64,000 bases of DNA, taken from Chloroflexota bacterium (GTDB lineage Bacteria > Chloroflexota > Dehalococcoidia > DSTF01 > RBG-16-68-14). Positions 26,354 to 36,256 of this stretch are shown in pieces. The notes under the pieces are model-generated. The model was not told the origin of the DNA. It did no database searches and saw nothing but the letters and a program-made list of their open reading frames with translations. The stretch covers positions 16,508 to 80,507 of the forward strand of contig JADFPV010000001.1 of NCBI GenBank assembly GCA_022562155.1. Direction: 5' to 3'. Both the position numbers and the translations under genes were made by a program. Position 1 is the first letter of the stretch, and every line of letters begins with the position of its first letter.

Positions 26354-27655
26354 ATGTCCGAGACGCCTCGAACCATCATGCACGTCGACCTCGACGCGTT
26401 CTATGTCGCGGTCGAGCAGGTTCGCGATCCAAGCCTGATCGGCAAGCCCGTCATCGTCGGCGGCGACCCCGACGGCCGGGGCGTGGCCGCGACGGCTTCC
26501 TACGAAGCCCGCGTCTTCGGCGTGCGGTCCGGCATGCCGCTCCGCACGGCCCGCCGGCTCTGTCCACAGGCGATTTTCCTACGAGGCGACTATCGTGCCT
26601 ACGGACGTGTGTCCAAGCTGTTCCACGGCATTCTCCGCGACTACTCGCCGATCGTTCAGCCGATGGGCCTTGACGAGGCTTACCTGGACCTCACGGGTTG
26701 TGAGCCGGTCGTGATGTCGCTCGCGGGCGTGAGCGAGGCCGAAGTCGCCACCCCGGAGACGCTCGGGAGCGTGGCCGGCAAATCGATTCGCCATCGGGTG
26801 CGCGAAGACCTGAAGATCGCGGCGTCAGTCGGGGTGGCCTCCGGGCGATCGGTCGCGAAGATTGCGTCAGATGCTGCCAAGCCGGATGGGTTGCTCGTCG
26901 TCCCCTTCGGCCAGGAAGCGGAGTTTCTGGAGCAGCGGCCCGTGCGCGACTTGCCCGGCCTCGGACCGAAGGCCGAGTCGGAGCTGGCGCGACAGGGAGT
27001 CCGTACGCTTGGCCAGCTCGCCGCGCTGCCGGAGTCACAACTCAGGAGCCTCTTCGGTCAGGCGGGACGGTCGCTTGCCCAGCGGGCTCGGGGGTTCGAT
27101 ACCGAGGCCGTGCCCGCTGATCGAGACCCGGCGAAGTCCGTCAGCCGCGAAGGGACCTACGCAGAGGACATCGTTGACAGGCAGGTGTTGCTCGCTACGC
27201 TCCGCGGGTTCGCCGAAAGCGTTGGCGCGGAACTTAGGCGATCGAAGATGCGCACGCGCTGCGTCACGCTGAAACTGCGGTACGGCGACTTCACGACCAT
27301 CACCCGCAGCCACACGCTTGACCGTCCGGCGTTCGCGGATGACGTGTTGTACGAGGAGACTGCGGCGCTACTCGACCGGGCGCTCGCCGAGGACGGCCGC
27401 GCGGTAAGGCTGATCGGGCTGGGGACGTCGAACTTCACCGACGACTCTGTGCAGCTCGATCTATTCAACTCGCAAGAGCAGGACGAAGAAGTACTGCTCC
27501 ACAACATCGACCGGCTACGCCAGAAATACGGTCGCCGGGTCTTGGAGACGGGGCTCACCTTTTTCGATGAGAACTCCAGCGATGAGGACTACAGCCCGGA
27601 CCGGCGGACGGGGCTTTCCTCACAGATCGGCCTCAAGAAGGAAGACGGCCGCTAG
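26354..27655 (+). CDS. dinB: DNA polymerase IV
   Basis: HVDLDAFY, ASYEAR, LDEAYLD, AKIASDAAKPDG and LKLRY motifs. Confidence 0.95.
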   Translation: MSETPRTIMHVDLDAFYVAVEQVRDPSLIGKPVIVGGDPDGRGVAATASYEARVFGVRSGMPLRTARRLCPQAIFLRGDYRAYGRVSKLFHGILRDYSPIVQPMGLDEAYLDLTGCEPVVMSLAGVSEAEVATPETLGSVAGKSIRHRVREDLKIAASVGVASGRSVAKIASDAAKPDGLLVVPFGQEAEFLEQRPVRDLPGLGPKAESELARQGVRTLGQLAALPESQLRSLFGQAGRSLAQRARGFDTEAVPADRDPAKSVSREGTYAEDIVDRQVLLATLRGFAESVGAELRRSKMRTRCVTLKLRYGDFTTITRSHTLDRPAFADDVLYEETAALLDRALAEDGRAVRLIGLGTSNFTDDSVQLDLFNSQEQDEEVLLHNIDRLRQKYGRRVLETGLTFFDENSSDEDYSPDRRTGLSSQIGLKKEDGR

Positions 27656-27687
27656 CTCAGGCATCGCGATACTATAGACTGCACACC

Positions 27688-28590
27688 ATGGCGAAAGCCG
27701 ATTCAGATGTCGCGATCAGTTCCCCGGATCTGATGCGCCGCGTGCGCCGGCTGGAGATCCGGGCGAAGCGACTCGTAGCCGAACGACTCTTCGGGCAATA
27801 CGGCAGCGTTTTTCGCGGTCGCGGCCTTGAGTTCTCCGAGGTGCGGGCGTACCAGCCCGGCGACGACATACGCATCATCGACTGGAACGTCACCGCGCGC
27901 ATGGGCGTCCCCTACGTCAAGAAGTTCGTCGAGGAGCGGGAGCTGACGGTGCTCATCGCCCTCGACCTGAGCGGCTCACAGCAGTTCGGCACGGAGGCTT
28001 CTACAAAGGCGGAACTCGGCGTCGAGCTGTCTGCTCTGCTCGCGTTTGCCGCCGTCGCTAATAACGACCTAGTGGGCTTGCTGACGTTCACCGACCAGAT
28101 CGAGACGTTTGTCCCGCCAGCCAAGGGATCAAGACACGCGTTGCGCATCCTCCGTGAACTTATCGGTGGCCGGCTTGCCAGCCGAGGAACAAGCATCTCC
28201 ACGGCTGTCGCGTATCTGCAACGTGCCCTGCGTCGGAGGGCCATCGTTTTCCTCATCTCCGACTTCCTGGACGAGGAGTTCGAATCCAACCTTCGTTATG
28301 CGGCCCGCCGCCATGATGTGATCGCGCTGGCCCTAAGCGATCCCCGCGAAAGCGTGATGGCGCCGATAGGCCTTGCCGAGTTCGAGGATGCGGAGACGGG
28401 ACGTCGTGTCTGGCTCGACACGGCCGATGCAGGCGTGCGACAGCGGTTCGCAGAGCGGGCGTCAGCTGATGCGCTTAGCCGCCGCCGGCAGCTTATGTCG
28501 TTGGGCGTTGACGTCGTCCCGATCTCGACCGAACACGACTACATCGTGCCGCTCACGGCATATCTGCAGGCCCGCGCCCGGAGGAGATAA
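27688..28590 (+). CDS. DUF58 / VWA protein (Bat-operon type)
   Basis: FRGRGLEFSEVRAYQPGDDIRIIDWNVTAR, EEREL, DLSGS, ISDF. Confidence 0.92.
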   Translation: MAKADSDVAISSPDLMRRVRRLEIRAKRLVAERLFGQYGSVFRGRGLEFSEVRAYQPGDDIRIIDWNVTARMGVPYVKKFVEERELTVLIALDLSGSQQFGTEASTKAELGVELSALLAFAAVANNDLVGLLTFTDQIETFVPPAKGSRHALRILRELIGGRLASRGTSISTAVAYLQRALRRRAIVFLISDFLDEEFESNLRYAARRHDVIALALSDPRESVMAPIGLAEFEDAETGRRVWLDTADAGVRQRFAERASADALSRRRQLMSLGVDVVPISTEHDYIVPLTAYLQARARRR

Positions 28591-28591
28591 C

Positions 28592-29524
28592 GTGCGTTGG
28601 GCCGTGTACGTGGCCGCTTTGGTGCTCGCGCTCGTCCTTAGTCGGGCGGGCGGGCAGGAAGCCTATTCAGCCCAAGTCACGATAGAGCCGCAGCACGTTA
28701 CCGTGGGCGACCGCATCACACTGTCCATCTCAGTAGAACACGACCCGGGAGTCGTGCTGGAAGCTCCTGACGATCCGGAAGCGTTTGCCCCTCTCGACCT
28801 CATCGACGTACCCGAGCCCGTTACGAGGGAGATCGCCGGCGGCCGCAGTGAGACGCTGTTCGAGTACGAGCTCGCAGCGTTCGTCATCGGCAATGTGGAG
28901 CTGAGTCCGCTCAGCATCACAGCGACCGGGGCGGAAGTACTCCGAGTGAAGCCGGCTTCGATCGTGGTTGAGAGCGTTGTGCCCCCGGACGTCCCGGTCC
29001 AGTTCCGAGATCTGAAGGCGCCCCTCCAAGCGTCAACCGGCCCGCCGAGGTGGATCTGGGCAGCGCTCTTCATGGCAGGGTTCGCGGCCATCTCTGTCTT
29101 CACGATGGCCCTTGCGCGCGTTCCCACGCTGAGCCGCCCGCCCGTGCTTGTGAAGGAGCCTGTGGAGCCGGAGGAGGATGCCCAAGACATCATCCGAGCA
29201 GAGTTCACCGACCTCGAGGAAGCGGGCCTTCTCGACAATGGAGAGCTGACTGACTACTACGAGCGCATAGGAGAGACCTTACGCCGCTACCTGTCGCGGC
29301 GCTTCGACGTTCCGGCGATCGCGATGACGCCGAGCGAGATCGAGAAGCAGCTCGACGCTATCGCCATGAACAAGCTCGCGGTCCGACAGGTCGTGAGCAC
29401 GTTGGAGCAGTGCCAGGCTGTCCAGTTCGCCGGATACAGACCGGCTCGGGAACGGGCCAAGGCTGATCTCGCTGCGGCGCGTGAGGTCGTCAGGCTCACG
29501 TCGGAAGCGGAGCCAGGAGAATGA
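28592..29524 (+). CDS. BatD-like / DUF4381-like membrane protein
   Basis: Signal peptide, VTVGDRI Ig-like domain, TM segment, LRRYLSRRF...MTPSEI...VQFA C-terminus. Confidence 0.7.
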   Translation: MRWAVYVAALVLALVLSRAGGQEAYSAQVTIEPQHVTVGDRITLSISVEHDPGVVLEAPDDPEAFAPLDLIDVPEPVTREIAGGRSETLFEYELAAFVIGNVELSPLSITATGAEVLRVKPASIVVESVVPPDVPVQFRDLKAPLQASTGPPRWIWAALFMAGFAAISVFTMALARVPTLSRPPVLVKEPVEPEEDAQDIIRAEFTDLEEAGLLDNGELTDYYERIGETLRRYLSRRFDVPAIAMTPSEIEKQLDAIAMNKLAVRQVVSTLEQCQAVQFAGYRPARERAKADLAAAREVVRLTSEAEPGE

Positions 29525-30477
29525 ACCTTCAGTTCGACTGGCCACTGGCGCTGGTACTCCTGACCGTCGTCCTCCTGTTGGCGGTGTGGCAGTTCCGCAG
29601 TGGAGCACCTCGCCCCACCCTGCGCTTGAGTAACCTTTCAGGCGCCGAGGGCATCGCGGCCTCATGGCGCGTTCGTATCCGATGGCTCCCGGTCGTGCTG
29701 CGTCTGGCGGCGATTGCGCTCCTGATCGTCGCTGTCGCGAGGCCGCAAAGTGGCCAGGCCGAGTCTGTTCTGCCTCAGGAAGGTATCGATATCGTCCTCG
29801 TCCTCGACACATCCACGAGCATGCGACAGCCCGTGGCCGGCGGAGAATCGCGGCTGGAGATCGCGCAGCGAGTCCTGCGCAGGTTTGTCGCAGAGCGCGA
29901 GACGGACCGGCTGGGCCTCGTCGCCTTCCGTTCGCGTAGCTTCGTTCTCAGCCCGCTGACGGTCGACTACAGCGCTTTCCAGAGCCTCGTCGACGGCGCA
30001 GACGACCTCGATCTGCCGAATGGCACCGCGATCGGGCTCGCGCTCACGGACGCCATCAACCTGCTGCGCGACTCGAAGGCCGAGAGCCGCATCGTAATAT
30101 TGCTCAGCGACGGCGAGAATAACCGGCCCGAGGTCGAGCCGACGGCTGCGGCACGCATCGCTCAGGCGCTGGGCGTTCGCATCTACACCATCGGCGTGAC
30201 GGATGTTGCGTCTGTGGAAGGCTCGCCTGCCCCATTCCAACTCAACGAAACGGTGCTCCGCACAGTCGCGGAGTTGACGGACGGCCGCTATTTTCGCGCC
30301 GCTCCCGAAGCGCTCGGCGATGTCTACGACTCTATCGATTCGCTCGAGCGGTCCCGCATTGGTCCCGAGCGTTTCGCCTCGGTGGATGAGCTGGCGCCCT
30401 ACGCACTCGGCCTCGCCCTCGCTCTGATTGCGCTGGAGGTTGTCCTGAGTACGTTCGTGCTACGCCGGATGCCCTAA
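29521..30477 (+). CDS. BatA-like VWA domain protein
   Basis: ARPQ, DIVLVLDTSTSM MIDAS, PLTVD, GTAIG, LSDGEN, IYTIG. Confidence 0.9.
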   Translation: MNLQFDWPLALVLLTVVLLLAVWQFRSGAPRPTLRLSNLSGAEGIAASWRVRIRWLPVVLRLAAIALLIVAVARPQSGQAESVLPQEGIDIVLVLDTSTSMRQPVAGGESRLEIAQRVLRRFVAERETDRLGLVAFRSRSFVLSPLTVDYSAFQSLVDGADDLDLPNGTAIGLALTDAINLLRDSKAESRIVILLSDGENNRPEVEPTAAARIAQALGVRIYTIGVTDVASVEGSPAPFQLNETVLRTVAELTDGRYFRAAPEALGDVYDSIDSLERSRIGPERFASVDELAPYALGLALALIALEVVLSTFVLRRMP

Positions 30478-32153
30478 TGAGTTTCGAATCGCCGGCCTAT
30501 CTCGCCCTGCTGCTGTTGTGTCCGGTGGCGCTACTGGCGTACGTAACGCTGGCCCGCTGGCGTCGAGATGCGGCGGCCCTGTTCGCTCCCGGCCGGACCG
30601 AACGCGCAATCGATGGGACATCGAACGCGATGCGGACGATCAAAGCATCGCTTGTAGTGCTGGCCGTTGCACTTCTGGCCGTAGCGTTGGCACGGCCGCT
30701 CATCGGAGACCAGCACGTTGTCGTCGAGCAGGAGGGCGCTGATGTCGTCATCGCGCTAGACGTGTCACGCAGCATGCTCGCGGCCGACGTAGAGCCGACG
30801 AGACTGGATCAAGCGATGGAGCAGACTGCTGCGCTCGTCGAGCGCTTGCGTGGTCATCGTGTGGGGCTCGTGATCTTCGCCGGGACGGCGGTGGTGCGTT
30901 CGCCGCTCACGACCGATACCGCGCCACTGCGCGTGTTCGTCGCCGGGGCCCGAGAGGACAGCTTGCTCGTCGAGCCGGGATCCGATCTGGGAGCCGCCGT
31001 GCGGGCCGGCATGCGTGTTCTCCAGAACAGCGATACAGAGAGCCGCGTGATCCTGCTCATCTCAGACGGGGAGGACCACGAGGGCGACGCGCTTCCGGCA
31101 GCGTCAGCGGCCGCGTCCCAGGGCATCCTGCTCTACACTGCCGGGTTCGGTACGCTATCCGGTGCTGCCGTGCCGGACGAAGAGCCCGTCCAGGGCGTAC
31201 CTGTGGTCACGCGGTTCAATGAAGGCCTGCTGCGACAAATATCTATCGAAAGTGTCGGAGGCCGCTACGCTCCCGGCACACAACTGGCCGGTCTGGCTGA
31301 TGACATCGACCGCCTTGATCGCTCTATCTTCGCCAGTGAGCGCCAACGGCTACCGATAGAGCGCTTCCAGTGGGTCGCGCTCGCAGTGGTACTCCTGCTC
31401 GTCTTAGAGATGATGCTGCCGGAGCGCGGTTTGCGTCTGCGCCTGCCGCGTCGCGTTCCCCAGGTGGCAGGGGCAGTTGGCCTTCTCAGCACGCTCCTTC
31501 TGGTGGGAGCCGCGTGCAGCTCTGCGGCGGCCGACCTGATTGCCGAGGGAAACAGAGCCTACGAACGCGCCGACTATGCGGAAGCGTTGGAGTCATTCCG
31601 CCGCGCGGCGGTCGACGATCCGGACAGGCCGGAGCCGCATTACAACGCAGGCGCGACGCTTCATCGGCTGGAGGAATACGAGCTTGCGGCCGCCGCGACC
31701 GTTCGCTCATTTCCTATCGATGACCCTCTAGAAGCCGCTCAGGCCTATTACAACCTCGGCAGCCACTATGCGCTGCTGGGCGAGCTGGACGAGGCGTTTA
31801 GCGCCTTCCGACAGGCATTGCTGCTCGATCCCGACGATGTCGACGGCAAGTACAACCTAGAGCTGGTGCGGCAACTCATGATCCAGCAAGTGACGGCGGA
31901 AGGCTCGCCCGGCGAGCAGGAGCCAGGCGACGACGGCGACTCAGATGCCTCCAGTGGCGAAGCGACGGTGGGTCTGGAGGCCAGGCAGGAGGCGCTGAGC
32001 CAGGCGCTGCGAGCGGCGCTCGCTGGAGCGGAAGATGAACTGACAGTGAGCGAAGCGCTCAGTGCGCTGCAGCTGGCGCAGGAACTGAACTCGACGCTGC
32101 CTTTGGCTGACCAGGTCGACCAGCCAAGCTCCTCGGATAGCCCTGACTACTGA
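30477..32153 (+). CDS. BatB-like VWA protein fused to BatC-like TPR domain
   Basis: LDVSRSM MIDAS, ISDGEDH, then GNRAY...YNAG...YYNLG...YNLEL TPR repeats. Confidence 0.88.
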   Translation: MSFESPAYLALLLLCPVALLAYVTLARWRRDAAALFAPGRTERAIDGTSNAMRTIKASLVVLAVALLAVALARPLIGDQHVVVEQEGADVVIALDVSRSMLAADVEPTRLDQAMEQTAALVERLRGHRVGLVIFAGTAVVRSPLTTDTAPLRVFVAGAREDSLLVEPGSDLGAAVRAGMRVLQNSDTESRVILLISDGEDHEGDALPAASAAASQGILLYTAGFGTLSGAAVPDEEPVQGVPVVTRFNEGLLRQISIESVGGRYAPGTQLAGLADDIDRLDRSIFASERQRLPIERFQWVALAVVLLLVLEMMLPERGLRLRLPRRVPQVAGAVGLLSTLLLVGAACSSAAADLIAEGNRAYERADYAEALESFRRAAVDDPDRPEPHYNAGATLHRLEEYELAAAATVRSFPIDDPLEAAQAYYNLGSHYALLGELDEAFSAFRQALLLDPDDVDGKYNLELVRQLMIQQVTAEGSPGEQEPGDDGDSDASSGEATVGLEARQEALSQALRAALAGAEDELTVSEALSALQLAQELNSTLPLADQVDQPSSSDSPDY

Positions 32154-32164
32154 CCGCGAGCGGC

Positions 32165-32653
32165 CTAGTAGTGGACGCCCTCCGCCTCGAGCAGTCTCCT
32201 TTTGAGATTGATGTCACCGCCGAACCCGCCGATGCCGTTCGACGCCACCACTCGATGGCAGGGAATGAGCAGCGGGATCGGGTTGGAGCCCACGGCCTGG
32301 CCAACAGCTCTGGCGGCGCCGGGATAGCCGATTCGTTCAGCAAGCTCCCCATACGTGAGCACTTCGCCCTTTGGGATTGTGCTGACGCCGTACCAGACGG
32401 CGCGTTGGAACTTCGTGCCGGTCCCTATGCGAACGTTGCCGTCCAGCTCGATGTCGTCTCCCGCTGCCGCGCGCATCACCATGTCGATGAACGGCGCGGC
32501 CTCTTCTTCGCTGGCGGGCTCGTCGGCGCCCCAGTCGGTGATCGCCAGTTCCGCCGCCCCTCGCGACGCCGGTAGCGCGGCTGCGCAGACGGCACCGGCC
32601 TCGATGCCAATGGCCGCCCAGCCGAGGTTCGTCTCAATCAATACGTGCTTCAT
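32165..32653 (-). CDS. ogt: Methylated-DNA-protein-cysteine methyltransferase
   Basis: IPKGEVLTYG, AARAVG and IPCHRV motifs. Confidence 0.92.
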   Translation of the reverse strand: MKHVLIETNLGWAAIGIEAGAVCAAALPASRGAAELAITDWGADEPASEEEAAPFIDMVMRAAAGDDIELDGNVRIGTGTKFQRAVWYGVSTIPKGEVLTYGELAERIGYPGAARAVGQAVGSNPIPLLIPCHRVVASNGIGGFGGDINLKRRLLEAEGVHY

Positions 32654-32699
32654 GGGAATCTACGAGGCCAGCATAGTCAGGGTGTGTTGGGCCGTCAAG

Positions 32700-34991
32700 C
32701 TACTTCAGCCGGAGCAGCTTCCGCAGTAATCTGTTTCGAACCCTCTGCCAGGTATCTGTGAAGCCCGCGCCCTCCTGAGCCGCCGCGGTCTCCTGGCTAA
32801 ACTGCTGTTGGACGTATCTGTCAGCGAGTACGTCGACGCCGTCAAGCCCGCCTACTCGCTCCCCTAGCTTGGCGGCAAACTCATGGGGCGTCTGCGCCGG
32901 GTCCGGTCCGTTGCCGGACCACGAGGCCAAACGGATCGTCTGCTCCCAGCGCTGCGCCGCCTCGGGCACCCCTGCAAGTCCGCGCACCCAGAGGTAGCGC
33001 CCCCAGCCAGCGCCCGTCATGAGAATCGCGCCTAGTCCGGCCAACACACCGAGGAGGATCCAGCGGTTTCGGTTGCTGGATGAGCCGGTTCCCAGCGCCA
33101 GCGCGCCGGCGTCGCCTTCAGCTCCTATCTGGCCGGGCAGGTTCTCCAAACCGAGCGTCGCTGGAACGTCCTCGCCGTCCTCGTCGTCGGCCGCTGTGGC
33201 GATGATCGGTTCAAACCGCTGGATGCGCGGCTGGCTGGGCGTCGGGTTGAACTCGATCCAGCCGAACCCCGGGAAGTAGACCTCTGGCCACGCGAAGGCG
33301 CTTTGCTCGGTGACGCGGTAACGATTCGTATTCGGCTGACGCTCCTCAGGCTGGAGTACGTAGCCGACGGCCAACCGCGCCGGAATGTCGATCGACCGGA
33401 GTATCACGACCATCGCCGATGCGTGGTAGTCGAAGTAGCCCCGCTGGAGTTCGAAAAGGAAGTAGGTGATCGTGTCAAGGCCGCGCGGCGTCTGCGGGAT
33501 GTCCAGGTCTATTGGGAATGTACGCAGGTAATCCTCGATGCTCGCAGCCGCGTCATACGCGTTCGTGTCGGCCGCTGTCAGTCCCAAAGCGAGCCGACGG
33601 ACGTCGATAAATACGTTGACTGGTAACTCGCGATAGGTGAGTTGCATGACCGCCGGATAGTCGTTGCCGGCGCTGCGCAACTCCTCTACCGTCGCCACGG
33701 ACAAGCTGCCGGTCGTCTGGAAGGTCGAACCGTCGCGTAAGCTGCCAGTGAGGTTGACTCCGGTGACATTCTCTAGTCCAGACATCCACAGCGCTGTGGC
33801 AGGCTCATCCACGCGGCGTGGCTGGCCGATGCTGAACGCGGTATCGCCCGTCTTCCCCTCCGACGTGATCCAGGCGGACACCGTCGTCCGAGCGCTCAGG
33901 TCATCGTCGACACGTGTGATCTCATCCGCCTCGAGTTCGATGTCGCGGCGCGCCCCCTGGCGCCAGCCGGTCGGTGTGTAAATCTCGAACGACTTGGCGC
34001 GCAAGTAGCGGCGCTGGTCGAGCGGTTCGGTCACAACGTCGAGCACCAGCGTCTCCGGCAGCTCGATTGCTCCCTGGAACGGCACGAAGTTGTCGTATCG
34101 ATGCACGAGCGCGTCTTGCGGCCCACGCACAGCCACGAAGAGGCGGCTGAGCCGCTCGGCCCGGGCAGAGATCGGAGCGGTCGCGTTATCCCAAGCTGCC
34201 CCCAGCGGCCCGGATTCGCCGGCCTGCGGCATGATCCACGCTACTACCATCAGCACGATCGCCAGCCAGAATGTCACATGGAGGACGGAGAGGCTTAGGA
34301 ATGGCGGGTACGGCGTGTCCTCCTCTCGCCACGCCTTAGAACGCGATATGAGATGCAGGCGCGTAACCAGCAACGCCCCGGCAAACAGGAACACGAGGAC
34401 GGAGAAGCTGAACTGGTCTGAAAAATAGCTGACGTTCGAGAGCAGCAGGAAGCCGGCTGGGATCAGTGCCAGCCAGACGTTTCGCCAGCGGAACACCGCG
34501 CACGACGAGAGGTAGGCTGCCAGCCAGGCCAGCGGGACGACCAGCACGATGAACGGCAGGTCGTCGCTGCTGATGCCGCCGTTGAACGCGATGTTGAACC
34601 AGGCGCCCATGCGCTCGTGCAGCTCGTCGTACCGCGCCCACGGCGTCGCGCCCGGGACGATGCTCAGGATCGTGCTGAGAGCGGCAGCTGCTCCGAGCGG
34701 CAGCGCCAGGAGATGGATCGCGACCTCTGGCCAGCGTACGCGGGCCAGCATCGCGCCCATGAGCAGGCCGAAGAACGTGATCGGGTACAGCGATGGCATC
34801 TCGGCTACCCACCCGGCCCGATACACGGAATCGACAACGGCGAACAGGATCAGGCTCAGAAGGAGGAAGCTGAGCACGTCCTCCCACCAGAAGAAGCGAC
34901 GCCACCCTTGCGGCTCCTGGGGTATGTCCGGCGTCAGCACCAGCGACTCGCGCCGGGGCGCGAACATCTCGTTCCAGCTTGCCTGTCTCAT
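32700..34991 (-). CDS. TgpA-like membrane protein (N-terminal TM region, transglutaminase-like core, DUF4129-like tail); catalytic residues substituted
   Basis: RGYFDYHASAMVVILRSIDIPARLAVGY, AFAWPEVYFPGFGWIEFNPT, QTPHEFA. Confidence 0.88.
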   Translation of the reverse strand: MRQASWNEMFAPRRESLVLTPDIPQEPQGWRRFFWWEDVLSFLLLSLILFAVVDSVYRAGWVAEMPSLYPITFFGLLMGAMLARVRWPEVAIHLLALPLGAAAALSTILSIVPGATPWARYDELHERMGAWFNIAFNGGISSDDLPFIVLVVPLAWLAAYLSSCAVFRWRNVWLALIPAGFLLLSNVSYFSDQFSFSVLVFLFAGALLVTRLHLISRSKAWREEDTPYPPFLSLSVLHVTFWLAIVLMVVAWIMPQAGESGPLGAAWDNATAPISARAERLSRLFVAVRGPQDALVHRYDNFVPFQGAIELPETLVLDVVTEPLDQRRYLRAKSFEIYTPTGWRQGARRDIELEADEITRVDDDLSARTTVSAWITSEGKTGDTAFSIGQPRRVDEPATALWMSGLENVTGVNLTGSLRDGSTFQTTGSLSVATVEELRSAGNDYPAVMQLTYRELPVNVFIDVRRLALGLTAADTNAYDAAASIEDYLRTFPIDLDIPQTPRGLDTITYFLFELQRGYFDYHASAMVVILRSIDIPARLAVGYVLQPEERQPNTNRYRVTEQSAFAWPEVYFPGFGWIEFNPTPSQPRIQRFEPIIATAADDEDGEDVPATLGLENLPGQIGAEGDAGALALGTGSSSNRNRWILLGVLAGLGAILMTGAGWGRYLWVRGLAGVPEAAQRWEQTIRLASWSGNGPDPAQTPHEFAAKLGERVGGLDGVDVLADRYVQQQFSQETAAAQEGAGFTDTWQRVRNRLLRKLLRLK

Positions 34992-36250
34992 GTGCCGCTC
35001 CCAGTCGTTGTGGCGGCACCAACCTCGGTTCCCAGCGTCCGCGCCAGGTCGTCGCTGCGTTTGACCATATACGTGGAGATGCCGGCGGCCGTCAGCGCGC
35101 CGAACACGAGCAGCGCGCTCGCTTCGCCGCCGTAGGTGCTCGGTTCGAGGAGGACGGAGGCAAGCTTGACGCCGCGTCCCGCCAGCATCTGCATGCTGAC
35201 GACCCAGGACTCATCCGTCGATGACGTGATCGCGACGAGCGTCGTGTGGCGCCCGAAGCGCGGACTCTCATGGTTGAGCAGATCCGCCAGCGTCACGTCG
35301 CCAATCGCTCTGGCCAACGCGAGTTGCTCCAAGATGCGCGTGTACTGCGACACGCCGCGTTGCGCCTCTTCGATGTGTAGCTGCTGGCCATACGCCATGA
35401 AGCCGACGCTGCGGTTGGCCAGCAGGAAGTAGCGCGCGATCGACGCGGCGATGCGCACGCCGTGCTCCTCGGTGCCGTCATCGCCCTCGCCGCTTTGTAT
35501 GTCTTCGTGCAGGTCCAGCACCAGCCAGATGTCGCTCGCCGGGTCCAGCTCAAAGAGCTTCACGGCCAGGTTGCCCGTGCGCGCCGTCGTGCGCCAGTGG
35601 ATTCGGTTAAAGCTGTCGCCGGGCTGGTAGTCACGGACGCCGGACGCGTTCGGCGTAATCAAGTGGCTTGGCCTTCGGAAGCGGCCCTCTCCCGGCAGCA
35701 GGGCTGGTGGCACAGAGAAGTTCGGCAGCTCGACGGCGCGCGGATAGACAAGGACGTGCTGGGACCGCCCGAACGCCTTCGTCTTCCGGAACATGCCGAA
35801 CAGGTCCCCGGACGTGATTTGAAGCGGCCCGATGCTATAGCGGCCGCGTCGCCTGCACTGCGAGACCGTGCGCCACGTTCGTCGCTGCTTCGGTCCAAGG
35901 CTGATGACGCGCTTCGCGCTGTGGCCCGGCAGGTCGGATGGGTCCTCGACTTCCAGCCAGAGCTTCGTGAACCAGCTCGTATTCGTGACGGTGATGCGCT
36001 CCTCGAAGTCGTTGCCTTCCTGCAGCCGGTCTACGGGCCGTTCTACCGTGACCTCCAGGTGGTTCAGGTTGAAGCGCGTCCAGACATAGGCCAGCGGGAT
36101 CGCGATTAGGATCAGGTTCGCCAGTCGCGACATCAGCCAAAAGTCGTTCGAGAGCGCAACAATCAGCGCCACGAAGAACAGCGTCGTGAGGATCGTGAGC
36201 GAGCGGCGCTCAATGAAGAGGATGCGAAAGAGGCGCAGGAGCCCGCGCAT
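34988..36250 (-). CDS. DUF58 domain protein with N-terminal TM segments
   Basis: RRGRY, GDLFG, VYP and VRDYQPGDSFNRIHWRTTAR motifs. Confidence 0.9.
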   Translation of the reverse strand: MRGLLRLFRILFIERRSLTILTTLFFVALIVALSNDFWLMSRLANLILIAIPLAYVWTRFNLNHLEVTVERPVDRLQEGNDFEERITVTNTSWFTKLWLEVEDPSDLPGHSAKRVISLGPKQRRTWRTVSQCRRRGRYSIGPLQITSGDLFGMFRKTKAFGRSQHVLVYPRAVELPNFSVPPALLPGEGRFRRPSHLITPNASGVRDYQPGDSFNRIHWRTTARTGNLAVKLFELDPASDIWLVLDLHEDIQSGEGDDGTEEHGVRIAASIARYFLLANRSVGFMAYGQQLHIEEAQRGVSQYTRILEQLALARAIGDVTLADLLNHESPRFGRHTTLVAITSSTDESWVVSMQMLAGRGVKLASVLLEPSTYGGEASALLVFGALTAAGISTYMVKRSDDLARTLGTEVGAATTTGSGT

Positions 36251-36256
36251 CGCTCG

